A stretch of DNA of 64,000 bases from Octopus vulgaris (GCA_951406725.2 OX597834.1:39866001-39930000); one strand, 5' to 3'; counted from the stretch's first letter, positions 28,141 through 42,771 are shown. Numbers and translations are program-made. The notes: generated by a model from the sequence alone, not told the origin.

Positions 28141-28744
28141 GGTCGTATTGACTGCAGTACTGACTCGGGGTATTGTTGTCGGAATTGTCATTAGTGATGG
28201 TTGTAGTGGCGCTGGTGGTGGTGGTGGTGGTGGTGCTGCTGCTGCTTCTGCAGCTATTGGTGGTGATGGTCATGGTTGAAGTGGTACTGTTTGCTGTTGG
28301 GAGTATTGTTGCAGTTATTGGTGGTGGTGGTGGTAGTGGTGGTATTGTTGGTGTCAGTGTTGTTGTTGTTATTGGTATTGGTGGGGCAGTGACGGTGGTG
28401 GTGGTGGTGGTGCTGGTAGTATAGCTGAATTGGTAGAGTTGTTGTTCTTGCTCAAGGTTACATTGATGGTGTCGACAGAGGGGGGAGGGCAGGAGAGCAT
28501 TTTTCTATCAGCATCATTTGATTCAATTAAGAGGGGGGAGGGCAGAGGGTCGGGGGGGAGAAGGGGGTGGGGGTTCAGAAACAAGTTTTCGAAGCTCAGT
28601 AACGAAGAACAACAATCATTTAGTGGATCAATAGATCAATAAATATTGATGTAGGAAATTTCTTGATATATCTGTTATTCAGCAGAGTTTCAGGAAGCCG
28701 CCGCTAAACATATTCCGCCGCCACTACCATGGCCACCACCGCTT

Positions 28745-28780
<36 letters not shown>

Positions 28781-29092
28781 ACCTTTACATGGGAATATAA
28801 TTCCGATTATATTTCTGTATTGCAAAGAAACCAGACAAAATAAGCAGAAACACTGATTTCTCTCTCTTTCTCTCTCTCTCCCTCTCTCTCTCTCTCCACC
28901 TCCACTCTCTCTTTCTCCTTCTCCATATCTCTCTCTCTTTCTCCATCCCTGACTCTGTCACTCTTTCTTTCTCTCACTCTCTTTAGATATATGTATATAT
29001 ATGATGATGTATGTATATAAATATATATATGTATGTGTATATATATATATATATATAATTATCCCTCTCTATATCTATTTATCTATCTAATT

Positions 29093-29130
<38 letters not shown>

Positions 29131-30859
29131 CTAGCTAGTTCCCTTTCTCTTTCTCTATCCATCTATCTATCTCCCCTTCTCTATCTATCTAACTAGCTCT
29201 CTCTCTCTCTCTCTATTTATCTATCTGTTTGTCTGTCTGCCTGCATCTATTGACTCCTTTACTATTTTAGACTTCTATAACACAATCAATAACCAATAAT
29301 TAATGAGTTAATGTTTGTACAATCACGTGCAAGTGTGTGTACATATGTGTGTGCATGTATCACACACACACACAAACCTCAACTCCTTGCCATAAAGGGC
29401 CAAACCTCAGCCAATTGAACTTAATACTGCATCTGTAGGATGCTATGACTGGCATCACCAATGGTTTAGAGAAGCCAGCCACCTTCAAGCCAAGGGTAAC
29501 TCATAGTGCCCTCAAGACAAGTGTCTGCACTTGCCTCAACCATTCTTGCTCATTTCACATGGCTTCAATTTGGAATGCTTCTCGCAGAACGAATCTACCA
29601 CACGTCATCACCATCATCCTCATGGTTTTAATTTCTGTTTTTCCATGTTTGCATGGGTCAAATGCTATTTGTTGTGACAGATTGTCTATGGCTTGTTTAT
29701 TGCCCACAAGGGGCTAAACATAGAGGGAACAAACAAGGGATTAAGTCGATTACATTGCCCCCAGTGCGTAACTGGTACTTAATTTATCAACCCCAAAAGG
29801 ATGAATGGCCAAGTCAACCTAGGCGGAATTTGAACTCAGAACGTAACGGCAGACAAAATAATGCTAAGCATCAGGTTAGCATCAGGAATGGCATCCTCTA
29901 ATTGCTGTTAGTCTCTCGTAGTCCAAGAAAAACGGTTTCACAATTTATTACCAAACAACCGGAACGGATGATTTGTTTACAATGGTCACATGTACATGTT
30001 GTGCATTAGCGCAGTTCCTCCATCAAATCGACAATGTGCCACATGTCAGGTGTTGAAGTGCCACATGTCAGGTGTTGAGCAACACAAAACAAAGTGTTTT
30101 GATCAAGAACACAATGTACTTCCGGGTCCGATAATTGAAACCGCAACCTCTCAATCATGAGAGCAACAGCCTTACCATTCAGCCATGTGCTCTCAATACC
30201 CAGTGATTAAACAATACCTCAAATAACCTCTTCTCATTTAACCCATGCAAGCATGGAAAAACAAACAAACAGAGATCTACAGATTGGTTAGAATAGGATT
30301 CCGAATTGATTTTTGAAACAAAATTCTAATAAAAATAAATGCTTTTTTTTTTTTATTTAATTCAATTTTCATTGATTTATTTATTTAATAATATTTTTCA
30401 TGTTATATATTATTGATTATTTATTTATTTATTTATTTTATTTAATTCATTTTGGATGAGGGTATAAAATAACAAATTATCAAAGCCGAGATGCTTCCAT
30501 AAATGGCAACTGGTGATAGAACAGAAATTGGATTTTACTTCGGAGGGTGGCAGGAGTGAAATGAAAAAAAAAAATTATTATTATTATTATTATCATTATT
30601 AATTTAATAAGGTGGTGGTGGTGGTGGTGGAGTGAGGGTGGCATGTTTTGATGGCATGTAATGATGGTTATGATGATGATGATGACGATCATCATCATCA
30701 TCGTGATTATGAAGATCGACCATTCACAAGTTTTCTGAAGTGACATGACTGATTAAGGGATTAAGGAGGATGAAATCTCACTGAAATAACAACAACAATA
30801 ACAATAATAATCTTGTATATAAATAAATAGACAAGTGTATGTATGTGTGTGCTTGTATA

Positions 30860-30891
<32 letters not shown>

Positions 30892-31229
30892 CATACATAC
30901 ACCCACACTTGCAAGTCCTCATTTCTCTCTCTCTTTAAATCTCTTTATATGTGTGCGTATGTATGAGTGGAGGCATGTGGCTTAGTGGTTAGAGTGTCAG
31001 CATCATGATCATAAGATTGTGGTTTCGATTCCTAGACCGGGCGACGCATTGTATTCTTAAGCAAAACACTTCATTTCACATTGCTCCAGTCCACTCAGCT
31101 GGCAAAAATGAGTAACGCTGCGATGGACTAGCATCCCGTCCAGCTGGGGAACACATACGCCATAGAAACCGGGAAACTGGGCCCATGAGCCTGGCTAGGC
31201 TTTAAAAGGGCACAAGAAAAAAAAAAAAG

Positions 31230-31603
31230 TTAGTGACTCTATGGTAAGAAGCTTGCTCGCCAACCTCATGGTTCCAGGTTCAGCCCCACTGCATGGCATC
31301 TTGGGCAAGTGTCTTCTACTTTAGCCTCAAGCTGACCAAAGCCTTGTGAGTGGATTTGGTAGACGGAAACTGAAAGAAGCCTGTCGTATATATATATATG
31401 AGTGTGTGTGTGTGTCTGTGTTTGTCTCCCCAACATTACTTGACAACCAATGCTGGTGTGTTTATGTCCCCATAACATAGCGGTTCGGCAAAATAGACTG
31501 CTAGAATAAGCACTAGGCTTACAAAGAATAAGTCCTGGGGTCAATTTGATCGACTAAAGGCGGTGCTCCAGCATGGCCACAGTCAAATGACTGAAACAAG
31601 TAA
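31230..31603 (+). mobile_element. SINE family A, near full length
   Basis: Reverse complement of 2200-2591. Confidence 0.9.
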
Positions 31604-31624
31604 ACAAATATATATGTGTGTGTA

Positions 31625-31663
<39 letters not shown>

Positions 31664-31861
31664 TCACACACATACATATACACACATACATATACACACA
31701 CACAGATATAGAGGGATAGGTGAAGAGAAAGGAGGAAGAGAGATTCTGTTGTATAGAGGACTTTTTGGGGGTCACTTTTTTTCCTTTTTCCATTATGTTT
31801 CTGACAGAGCTGGTTTGGTTTAATAACTAAACGGTGTACCGTTTTCCCTCCACACACATAC

Positions 31862-31910
31862 GTGTAACAAGTGGAAATATTCCAAGGAAAATGGTGAGCG
31901 TTGAATTCAT
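31862..31910 (-). CDS. Weak candidate signal-peptide-like first exon MNSTLTIFLGIFPLVT+C
   Basis: ATG 31910 to donor C|GTATGT (phase 1) within a unique island. Confidence 0.15.
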
Positions 31911-32726
31911 CAAGTATTACTGCCAAGCTAGTCTCACACGCGACAGTCAGCCATTCCTCTGGTTTAAGATGGAACCTTTAAATGCTACAACAGCAACTCG
32001 CATTTTATAGAGAGGAATAAGTCTTCGATAATGGAAGACAGAATCTATACACACACACACTTATATAAACATATATATTTGCACACACATACATAAACAT
32101 ATATAGACATGTACACATACAAAAATACATGTATGCAGAGATACACAAGCACCACACATACATATATACACATATATACACATATATATATATATATATA
32201 CATACACACATACATATTATATACACATTCAAAAACATACATCTATCTCTCTCTCTCTCTCTATCTATATATATATATATATATATACGTGCATACACAT
32301 GCATACATACACATATATACACATGCATATATACACATGCATACATATACACATTCAAAAACATATACATCTATATATATACATCTATATATATACATAC
32401 ATATACATACATATACATACATACATACATACATATATGTGCATACACACATACACAGGTGTGTGTATGTGTATGCATTTATAGAGCAGTTTAGATTTAT
32501 ATAAATAATAAAACTTCAACAAATTGCTATGTGTAATTATCGCCAGGTGATATACATTATCATGTGATGGATGATTCAGGTAAAAATGATTAAGGGATTA
32601 ACATTGTCTTAATAATTAGTTTATCTAGGAATTAGAAGTTGTAAGTTATAAGTTAGATAAAAGCTGTCACAGAAAATGGTTTACAGCTATTAGATTTTGG
32701 TTTGTAAGCAGACACAACTGCTGACA

Positions 32727-32767
<41 letters not shown>

Positions 32768-32784
32768 GTTATTATTATTATTAT

Positions 32785-33181
32785 TCTCTTTACTCTTTTA
32801 CTTGTTTCAGTCATTTGACTGCAGGCTATGCTGGAGCACCGCCTTTAATCGAGCAACTCAACCCCGGGACTTATTCTTTGTAAGCCCAGTACTTATTCTA
32901 TCGGTCTCTTTTGCCGAACCGCTAAGTGACGGGGACATAAACACACCAGAATCGGTTGTCAAGCGATGTTGGGGGGGACAAACACAGACACACAAACACA
33001 CACATATATACATATATACGACGGGCTTCTTTCAGTTTCTGTCTACCAAATCCACTCACAAGGCTTTGGTCGGCCCAAGGCTATAGTAGAAGACACTTGC
33101 CCAAGGCGCCATGCAGTGGGACTGAACCTGGAACCATGTGGTTGGTAAACAAGCTACTTACCACACAGCCAATCCTGCGCC
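32785..33181 (-). mobile_element. SINE family A, full length, in (TTA)n
   Basis: Collinear with 2200-2591. Confidence 0.9.
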
Positions 33182-33214
<33 letters not shown>

Positions 33215-35547
33215 CAATATTATTATCATCATTATTATTATTATTTTCATTAGCATTTTGTTTCAGGTTCGTTTCCATTTTTGCCAAGTGCCTTCCTGAC
33301 ACCTAGGGCAGAGAAAAGTACTACATACATTGGTAGGCCATTAAAACAAACACACCAGATTGTTCATTGACTAAAATCTATCTAATTCTCAAACATCAAA
33401 AATATCTTTAGTAATAATTGGAATTGTAGGGTGGTGGAGGTGATGGTGGTGGTGGCGGAGGTGAGGGTGGTGATGGTGATGGTGGTGCAGGTGGTGGTAA
33501 TGGTGGTGGCAGTGATGGTGGTGGATGTGATGGTGGTGATGGTGGTGGAGGCGATGATGGATGCGAGAGTGGTAGTGATGGTGATGGTGAGGGTGGTGGC
33601 AGTGGTGATGGTGGCAGTGGTGGTAATGGTGGTGATGATGATGGTGGCGCGATGGTGGTGGTGGAGGTGAGGGTGGTGATGGAGGCGATGGTGAGGGTGG
33701 TGGTGACAGTAGCGATGGTGGTGGTGGTGGTGATGGTGGAGGACGTGAAGGAGAGAGGCAAATAGGGAGGGGAAAAATCGGTGGAGCAATGACCACAAGA
33801 TAGAACCAGTCTGGAAAGGCAATCCTTTGTTACCGACAACAAAGAGACGTGCAACTGCACTTCTCCCTTGAGCCTTGCGTTGCCATTACTTTCATCCGTT
33901 TACAATACCGATTCCTAGAGACAGCCCCCCCCCACCACCACCACCACCGCCGCCACCATCATCACCTGCATCATGCTGATTACATTACTTTAATTACAGA
34001 ACTCGTTTATTCATTATCTCGAAACTAAGCCAACAGAGGTCAGCCCTGGTCAGATTGTCTTTTGCAGCTGAGTCATGCTATCAGTTTACAGACACTGAGC
34101 GTAGAAGGTAAACGGGTGCACTCAATACCGGGCTCTATTTTACATACATACGACTGTGTTGATTGGTTATGATGGTAGTGTTAAACCCCAGGACATGCCT
34201 GACCATGTAGCACTTCGATCAAAGACATTCCGGTTATTACCCTCCTGTCTTTTTGTTTTTCTTTTCCACTACTTTTTATACATTTCAATCAACCCTTTTT
34301 TGTACCTTTTCCTTCTTTCAGTCATAGGTTGTGGTCATGCTGTAGCACCACTTAAAGGCACCCAGTATACTCTGTAAAGTGGTTGGTATTTAGGAAGGAC
34401 ATCCAGCTGGAGAAAGCATGCCAAAGCAGATATCGGGGCCCAGCGCAGTAGTTCTTTGGCTCATAGGTTCCTGTCGAATCATCCAGTCGATACCAGCTAG
34501 GAAAAAGGCACATTAAACAATTATGGTGATGGTGATGTTGATGATGGTGGTGGTGGTGATAATGGTGACAATGATGATGATGATGATGATGATGATGGTT
34601 ATGATAATGGCAATGATGGTGGTGATGATGACGACAGCGATGATGACAGTGGTGATGATGATGATGATGATGATGATGGCGCTGATGGTTATGATGGCAA
34701 TAAAAAACCGTGTTTATTAGCTTTATTGGTCATATTGGCTGGTGGACATATTTTGGTGGAATCGGATAATGTTTCTTCAGAACTCCATTTTTACTTTGGT
34801 AAATAACATTTCTTACATAAAAAAGTGTATCCTCGTTTCTTTATTTTGTATTGGTGTAACTCTACTCTCAGAGCTGATTTTATTCTTTAAATACATGGAA
34901 ATAAAGCAGAAGATATTTTGGAAGCTCTGAAGCTCTTCAAGACAATTTTTATTTATTTATTTCTATTTCTATTTGATTGTAGTCTAATAAAAGACTCCAT
35001 AGATATTCTCAGAGTGTTATAGAATCGGCTAATGTTATGCATTCTCTACGTTTCTATTAATCTTGTTGTTAATGTAATATAAAGTTTTAGCACCAATAAG
35101 TGGAAATCGACAAGTAAATCTTTGAATAGTCATTCAGAAGGAATGTGTCTTGTGCTTTTTCTATGGCTGGTTATTTTCGACTTGGAAAACGGAACAGTGA
35201 AAGACATCAAGATTCCATTGATATCAAAATCTAATGTGAATATTTAGAAATATCAAAAGTATGGAAGATTATTACTGCAGGTTTCTTCAGAAGAAGTGTT
35301 TTATATAAAACTGTTATCTGTTATTTCGTATTTCGTAGATAAACGTTTAGGAATAGCTGCATGTAGTATGTTATACTCTAATATACTACATGTGACTGTC
35401 ACACCATGTAGCATATATTCTAAGGTACTCCATGTAGCTCATACCCTGAAAGATTCCATACAGCGTTAACTCTAGATTATTTGAGATAGACTAAGTCATA
35501 CTACATGTAGCTTATATCAAAATAAGCAACAAGGATATCCAGAGGTA

Positions 35548-35636
35548 ATGCAGTACGATCGTTTCATGCATCTCCATTTAATTGAACTATGCAATCATTA
35601 CATCAATTTAAGATGCAGAGCAATCTTCAGCTGCAC
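35548..35636 (-). ncRNA. Type I hammerhead ribozyme motif
   Basis: GUGCAG-CUGAAGA-long stem II-GAAA-CGAUCG-UA-CUGCAU. Stem I is 6 bp, the core is intact, stem III is palindromic and the cleavage triplet is GUA. The stem II closing pair is U.U. Confidence 0.75.
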
Positions 35637-36716
35637 AAAGACATAGAATTTAATTAAATTAGAACAGATGGACACATTAGTATAATTTTACCTAAGATCT
35701 CCAAGAAGTTAAGGAGATAGACAAAGAACATGTTGTACCAACTACATCATAGTTGCTTATACAGGTAAAGATAAGGTAAAGAACCCCCTTTAGTCCATGA
35801 ATGACCATGAGACTGCATTAGAAAGTTGCCCTCTGAGGTACAAGTCCCGGCAAAGTTGTTTATAGAAGCCTAGCAGTTACCCACACATACCAACCTCATC
35901 GCCTTGCCCCACGACACTAATGTTATCCACACAAACACACACACACACACACACAGAATTGGTAAACTAGTTCTAGATATTATGGCATCTTTCTATTGTC
36001 TGGTTTTATTTTTTATTTATGTATATTTTATTTATTTCTCTTTTTTTTTTATGTCTATAGACCTAGTCTAACCTCCATTCAATCATCCTCTCAATCTAAA
36101 TTCCAACCGAGTCTGGTGACATTTCCGGAAGAATGGTGTTCATTATATTCTAACATCTGACCTTTGTTACATTTTTGTTTTTTTATTGTTTTTTTTTTAC
36201 ATGCCATAGTTATAGTTCTCTGAGGTGAGGCCATACCATATTGAATACGTTACTGATGAGCTGACAAAACTGTTAAGGGTTCAATTCTTGGCTGAGTAAT
36301 TTCGGTTCCTCTACATATTTGTGATTCCTGATTATATATATTTTTTTTTGGTGTCTGCAACTCAGAATATTTCAAAGAATATTTACAGGACAATGATTTC
36401 TTTTATTCTTTTACGCATTTTTAGCCCAAAGGCTGCGACCATGCTGGAGCACCACTCTTGCTGTCACCTTTTCTATGGCCATTCCTTTGCATCTGGCTAT
36501 TTAGGGAGACATGGATTATGATGTGTGCGGGTGTGTGAGAGAGGGAGAGAGTGGGTCTGTATGTGTGAGTGTGAGTGTGTGTCAATGGCTTTCTGTGTGT
36601 GTGTATGTGTGTTTGTTTGAGTGCATGTGTGTGTGCTTCCGAGTGTGTGTTTGACAGAGAGAGAGAGAGAGAGAGAGAATGGGTTTGTATGTGATTGTGA
36701 GTGTGTCAATGGCTTT

Positions 36717-36751
<35 letters not shown>

Positions 36752-37278
36752 TTTGAGTATGTGTGTGTGTGTTTGTTTGAGTGTGTGTGTGTGTGTGTGC
36801 TTCCGAGTGTGTGTTTGTGTGAGTGTTTGACAAAGAGAGAGAGAGAGAGAGTGAGTGGGTTTATATGTGTGTGTACTTGTGAAGGTTTCTGTATATTTGT
36901 GTGTGTGGGTGTGTGTGTGTGTGAGTGTACTTCTGAGTGTAAGTGTGTGTGCGTTTCTTTGAGTGTGCAAGTAGTGGGTTTGTGTTTGAGTGTGAGAGAG
37001 TGGGTTTGTGTATGTATGAATAGGGTAGAGTGTGTGTGTGGGCTTGTGAGTATGTAAGTGGATTCGAGTGAACGTATGCATGTGTGTGTGTGTGTGTGTT
37101 TAAGAAGGAGAGAAATAGAATAGCGATATCACATATAAGCAAACACAATCAATCCAAATACGAGACACACTTGGGTTTCGTAGAGGTCCAACCATCTGGT
37201 CTTCAACAAGTTTAGCCAATTGGTTCAGAACGTAGTTTTGGTAATCTTAATCCAATCTGATCTCGTTGATCCACTTAC

Positions 37279-37372
37279 GGACAGTTCCCACGTAAAATCT
37301 ACGGTGACCCACTCCAAATGCATTAAATAATTTTCCATGTATAAATGCTTTAAGTTTCTTTGAAACTCATAA
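37279..37372 (-). CDS. Weak candidate internal exon (phase 2 in, phase 0 out): YEFQRNLKHLYMENYLMHLEWVTVDFTWELS
   Basis: Acceptor gttttgtttgtgtgttag and donor TCC|GTAAGT. The only open frame is phase-compatible with the 59517 exon. No homology recognised. Confidence 0.25.
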
Positions 37373-37499
37373 CTAACACACAAACAAAACTTCCTTCTAC
37401 TTCACCTCCTCCTCATCATCATCATCATTGCCCTCATCCTCACTATCATCATCACTATCATCATCATTGCCATCATCGTCAACATTGTGGGGTGGGGTG

Positions 37500-37643
37500 T
37501 AACATAAGTGGGCTGGTTACACCCCTGGCATAGGCCACGAGGTTACGGTCCCATTTGGCTTGCCGGGTCTTCTCAAGCACAGCACATTTCCAAAGGTCTC
37601 AGTCACTAATCATTGCCTCGGTGAGGCCTAATATTCAAAGGTC
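37500..37643 (-). mobile_element. RTE-clade LINE 3' fragment
   Basis: Minus strand DL*ILGLTEAMISD*DLWKCAVLEKTRQAK, typical RTE C-terminal DRxxW-like motif; related piece on + at ~37908-37945. Confidence 0.65.
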
Positions 37644-38497
37644 AAACATTATACACACACACACATATGTGTGTGTCTTGTGTCTGATTTTGTCCCCCAC
37701 CAGATAGTATATGTGTGTGTGTGTGTGTGTGCAACAGGCTTCTTTCAGTTTCCGTTGACCAAATCAACTTACAAGGCTTTGGTCGACCTGAGTCTATAAG
37801 TAGGAGATACTTGCCCAAAGTGTCACACTGTGGGACTGAACCCAGAACCATGTGTTTGCAAAGCAAGCTTGTTAACCACAGAGCCATGCCTAGGGGACCG
37901 ACACTCCTGGCAGTTTGCTGTGCTTGATAAGACACGACAAGTTAAGCAAAAGCATAGTTGCCCTTGCATACAAGCTTGTCCCTTGCAACCCCCTCCAGCT
38001 GAGCATTCCTAATTTCATGGGGTCATAGGTGCTGGTGCCACGTAAAAAGAACCTATGCCGGTGCTGCGTAAAAGCACCCTGTACACTCTGTAAAGTGGTT
38101 GGTACTAGGAAAGGCATCCAGATGTAGAAACCCTGCCAAACAGAGATGGACCCTGAACAGCCCCTCAGATGGTCACCTCAGATGGTCAGCTCCTGTCAAA
38201 CCATACCAACTCATGCCAGTATAGAAAACAGACGTTAAATGATGATGATAATGATGATGATGATTGGGCTTGTTTCACTTTCTGCTTACCAAATGTACTC
38301 ATATGGTTTTTTGTTAGCCCAGGGCTATAATAGAAGACACGTGCCCAAACTTCCATACTATGGGACTGAACCTAAAATCACACGGTTGTAAAATGAGCTT
38401 CTTAACCACCGGCTCATGCCAGCACAAGTGGCCAGAACTCATTTTACAATCAATTGAAAAACAACGCACTAAACATTTTTGTTATGTAATACATGCA

Positions 38498-38540
<43 letters not shown>

Positions 38541-38822
38541 GTATGTATGTATGTATGTGGGTATTACAACATATACACATATATAAATGCACACAAGCAT
38601 ACATATTCAAAAATGAACATAGATACATAGGCAGATGTGTCTCTACATACACACACACACATACATGGACAAATCTGTAAATACACCTGGATGTAGGAAT
38701 TCGAATTAATATGCAGTGGAGTACGTACTTAGAGGGATTCAGTTTACTTCATTAGTAAACCACGAGGAAATTTCTATAGCACACTTGAGCTTTAACTTGA
38801 CCTTTCGTTTTTTATTATTATT

Positions 38823-39295
38823 GCCTTTGCACAGCTTCTAACGCTGGAGATGTACCACGGCGTCAGCTGTTTACCAGTGAACTAAGGTAACACCCCTTAA
38901 GTTTCGAGCACCAACTGGAGTATTCGAGCAGTTCCAAGTAGTGCTGTTTTCTGCAAATGCTCCACCCTTATTGCAGACCCCATTTGTTCCATATACTTCT
39001 AAAGATTTTTACTCACTGTTCTCGGGGATCCGACAATTATTGGTACTACTACCACCTTTTTCATTGACCACAACTGCTTAACTTCCCAAGCTAACCTCTC
39101 ATACCTATCGACTTTTCTTTCTTCCTTATCGCATACCTTGTTGTCAGCTGGGCATGCTATATCTATGATACAGCATCATTTGCTTTCTTTCTCAATTAAG
39201 ACTATGTCTGGCTTCCTATTCTCTAACTCATGATCGCACTGAATCATAAAATCCCACAGGATCTTTGTATTATCATTTTCGATGATGCCTCTGGG
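38823..39295 (-). mobile_element. 3' end of an R4/Dong-clade non-LTR retrotransposon (restriction-like endonuclease domain)
   Basis: Minus strand KILWDFMIQCDHELENRKPDIVLI...IIDIACPAD...VVPIIVG...LQKTALLGTARIL with stops; the 3' end abuts (TAA)n. Confidence 0.85.
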
Positions 39296-39359
39296 TCTGT
39301 GATCATACCAATTTATTATTATTATTATATTATTATTATTATCATTATCATCATCAGGG

Positions 39360-39413
<54 letters not shown>

Positions 39414-41324
39414 CATTATTATTAATTATTATCATCATCATCATCAGGGCTTTATTATCCTTATTATCATCTTTATATTCTGAGTTCAAATTCTGCCAAC
39501 ATTGACTTAGCCTTTCATTCTTGTAGCATTGATAAAATAAGTAGCAGTCAAGCATTGGAGGTTTATACAATTGACTAACCCCTCCACCCCTCAAAATACA
39601 GACCTTGTGTCAATAGTAGAAAGGATTTCTATTATCATCATCATCATCATTATTATTATCGTCATCATAATCATCATCATCATCATTATTATTATCGTCA
39701 TCATCATCATCGTCATTATCATTATTATCATCATCATCATCATCGTCATTATCATTATTATTGTGTCTGAGAAAGAACTAGAATTAACAAAACCCTCTTT
39801 CATCTCATTTCCTCAATTACCCGCTGACATCTGGACATTTATGCCAGGACAGCTAACTTAAATCATGTTTAGTGCTTATTTTCTCATTGTCTGCTCATAA
39901 CTCTGCGATCACATAACACTTGGCATGTGTTAGCTTGGAACCGACTTCCTCTCTCCAATTACACATGATACCTCGGCAGCCAAACTTACACTGACACACC
40001 ATCAACATAGTTAAACGAAGAAAATAATTTGATTCCTGGAAAATTAATTCTTATATATATATTTTTTTCACTTGTTTTTCACTTTTTTTTCACTGTTTAT
40101 ATTTTGAATTACATAAACTTTCATGGGGGCACCAAACTCTTTTAAGTACTTAGGGCCTCAATGGGTCTTAATCCGGCCCTGGTCTAGCAACTGACTTGGT
40201 AGACACCCACAAGGTTATCCAAAATCTTTCCAACAACAACCCTGGGCCCCTTTTTGAATTCCATGTTTAACATTCATGGACATGCTTATAAAATCAAAAA
40301 CACAACACAGCACCCATGACTTTCAGAAACATTTTTTCATACCCTCAACAGTTCCACGTTACCTGAAATTTGCTAAGATTACACCTGATACCCCTTACCT
40401 GTATTTTATTACTTTAAAGACTTAATTACTCTTCACTCCCCCTTGCACTACTCTATGTACCTTTCATGCAGTTTTGATTCCTTTTTCTGATGAGTTGTAG
40501 AGCAACACCTGAGCAGCAAGGTATACAATAGGTTCATTATTTCATTTTTGTATCTGGGTTGCAAGATTCCTTATGGGAATTCATGTGTTGGAACAAATTT
40601 TGTTGTGCCTGCAGAGGGTCATAGTGCCTTGATATAACACACTCACTGGTTCAATTTCCTTCTATTTATTCCAGGAAGCCTTTTCATTGCCAAAAAAGCT
40701 TTCTGGAACAAATAAATAAATGAGTAGAAATTGAACCAGTGAGTGTGTTATATATATTAAGGCACTATGACCCACCCCAGACACAACAGAGTTCATTATT
40801 ATTTTATTATAACAGTTTTAGATAAATGTCAATAAGTGGTTTTATAACATAAAACCAAAACTCCTCCTTGAAGTTTTCATCATCATCATCATTTAAGAAG
40901 GACATTAAACAATGATGATGATAATCGTACAGGGTGAAGTTTTGGGATTTAAAAAAAAAGTTCATTGCACATCATCTAAAAATCACACCACAGGTCACTG
41001 CAAACAGGCTTCACAAGAACCATCATTGCAGCAGGGTTCGATATTAAAGTAATTCAGCTGTTATTTCTAACAGTATAAAAAAAGAAGAAAAAGCCCACAA
41101 AGCGACTCTGAAGACTTATCCATTGTCTCATCCATTGCGGATCTGACATCATGTGAGTCGCATTTCTTTCGGACACATTCCAGGCAATGTGACAACAGAT
41201 GTACTAAAAGTGGTGCCACAGCAGTGTGTTAATAATGACATAAGTGGCTTAAAGTGGATGTAAGGCTATCGGCAAACCAAACACACACACTGGTTGCTTT
41301 CTGATTATTAACAGACTCCAAGGC

Positions 41325-41673
41325 TGGGAGCTGGCATAGTCGTAAACATGCTAGACAAGCACTGGGGGTTGATACAATCAACTAGTCTCCTTGCCCAAAC
41401 ATTCAAGCCTTGTGCCTACAGAAGGAAGGAGTATCGAAGGCGGCAAGCTGGCAGAGTCATTAGTACACCAGGCAAAATACTTAGCAGTATTTCGTCTGTC
41501 GTCATGTTCTGAGATCAAATGCTGCTGGGGTCAACTTTGCCTTTCATCCTTTCAGGGTCGATAAAATAAGTACCAGTTGAGCACTGGGGTCAATGTAATT
41601 GACTTACCCCCTCCCCCACCAATTTCAGGCCTTCTGCCTACAGAAGAAAGATGTATTACCATCATTATCATCA

Positions 41674-41713
<40 letters not shown>

Positions 41714-42155
41714 GGTGAAGGATGGCAGAATTGCTAGCAGGCTGGGCAAAATGCTTAGTGGCATTTTGTTCATCTTTACATCCTGAGTTCAAATGCTGCC
41801 GAGGTCAGCTTTACTTTCCATCCTTTTGGGGTCAATAAATCAAGTACCAACGAAATACTAGTGTCAATATAATCAACTAGTGCCCTCCTCATAAATTTCA
41901 GGCCTTGTGCCTTTAATAGACAGCATTATTATTATTATTATTATTATTATTATGAAGGAAGCAATCTAGCAGAGTCATTGGCATTCTGGACTAAATGCTG
42001 AGCAGTACTTTGCCCATCGCTACGTTCTGAGTTCAAATTCCACCGAAGTCAACTTTGCCTTTCATCCTTTCGGAGTCAATAAATTAAGTACCGGTGAAAC
42101 ACTGGGGCCAATTTAATTGACTGGTTCCCTCCCCCAAAATTTCAAGCCCTGTGCC
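41325..42155 (+). mobile_element. Head-to-tail array of ~4 SINE B copies, partly separated by (ATT)n
   Basis: Repeated ggc..gctggcaga heads at ~41325, 41439, 41713 and 41957. Confidence 0.85.
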
Positions 42156-42165
42156 TATATATATA

Positions 42166-42199
<34 letters not shown>

Positions 42200-42200
42200 C

Positions 42201-42284
<84 letters not shown>

Positions 42285-42709
42285 ATATGTATATATGTAA
42301 TGCATGTATATGTAATATTATTGATTGGGATGAAAGGTGATCAATATCCAATACAAAGATATTTCAAGGTCAACTGTAGATTACAAAATAAACTAATTTT
42401 TGATAAGTAAAAACAAAACTGCATTCCCCACCAGCACCACACACACACACATACACACACACACATACACACACACACACACACACAGACTGACATTTCT
42501 GTAACGGAATTGGAGGGATCGGTTGGTTATTGTATTTGTTTAACAACATGTCTTATGTTTTGTTTGGAAATCTGCCGACTTTCTTTAAATATTTTTTACT
42601 TCCATTAAACAGAGTACAAAAGCATGCATACAAAGTACGCATGAATGTAAACACACATACACATGTGTTGTGTATGTATAGTGTACACATATCTGTCTAT
42701 CTATCTATA

Positions 42710-42771
<62 letters not shown>

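Noticed and set aside
27667-28279. Ser/Gly-rich or mucin-like ORFs
   Set aside because: (GTA/GGT)n microsatellite; no splice or start context
33382-33860. Extensin-like or His-rich ORFs
   Set aside because: Degenerate (GGT)n/(GAT)n repeat open in all three minus frames
40352-40375. Additional minus-strand AG|GT recursive sites (40361, 18192, 46838)
   Set aside because: No real polypyrimidine tract or weak donor; within repeat-derived sequence
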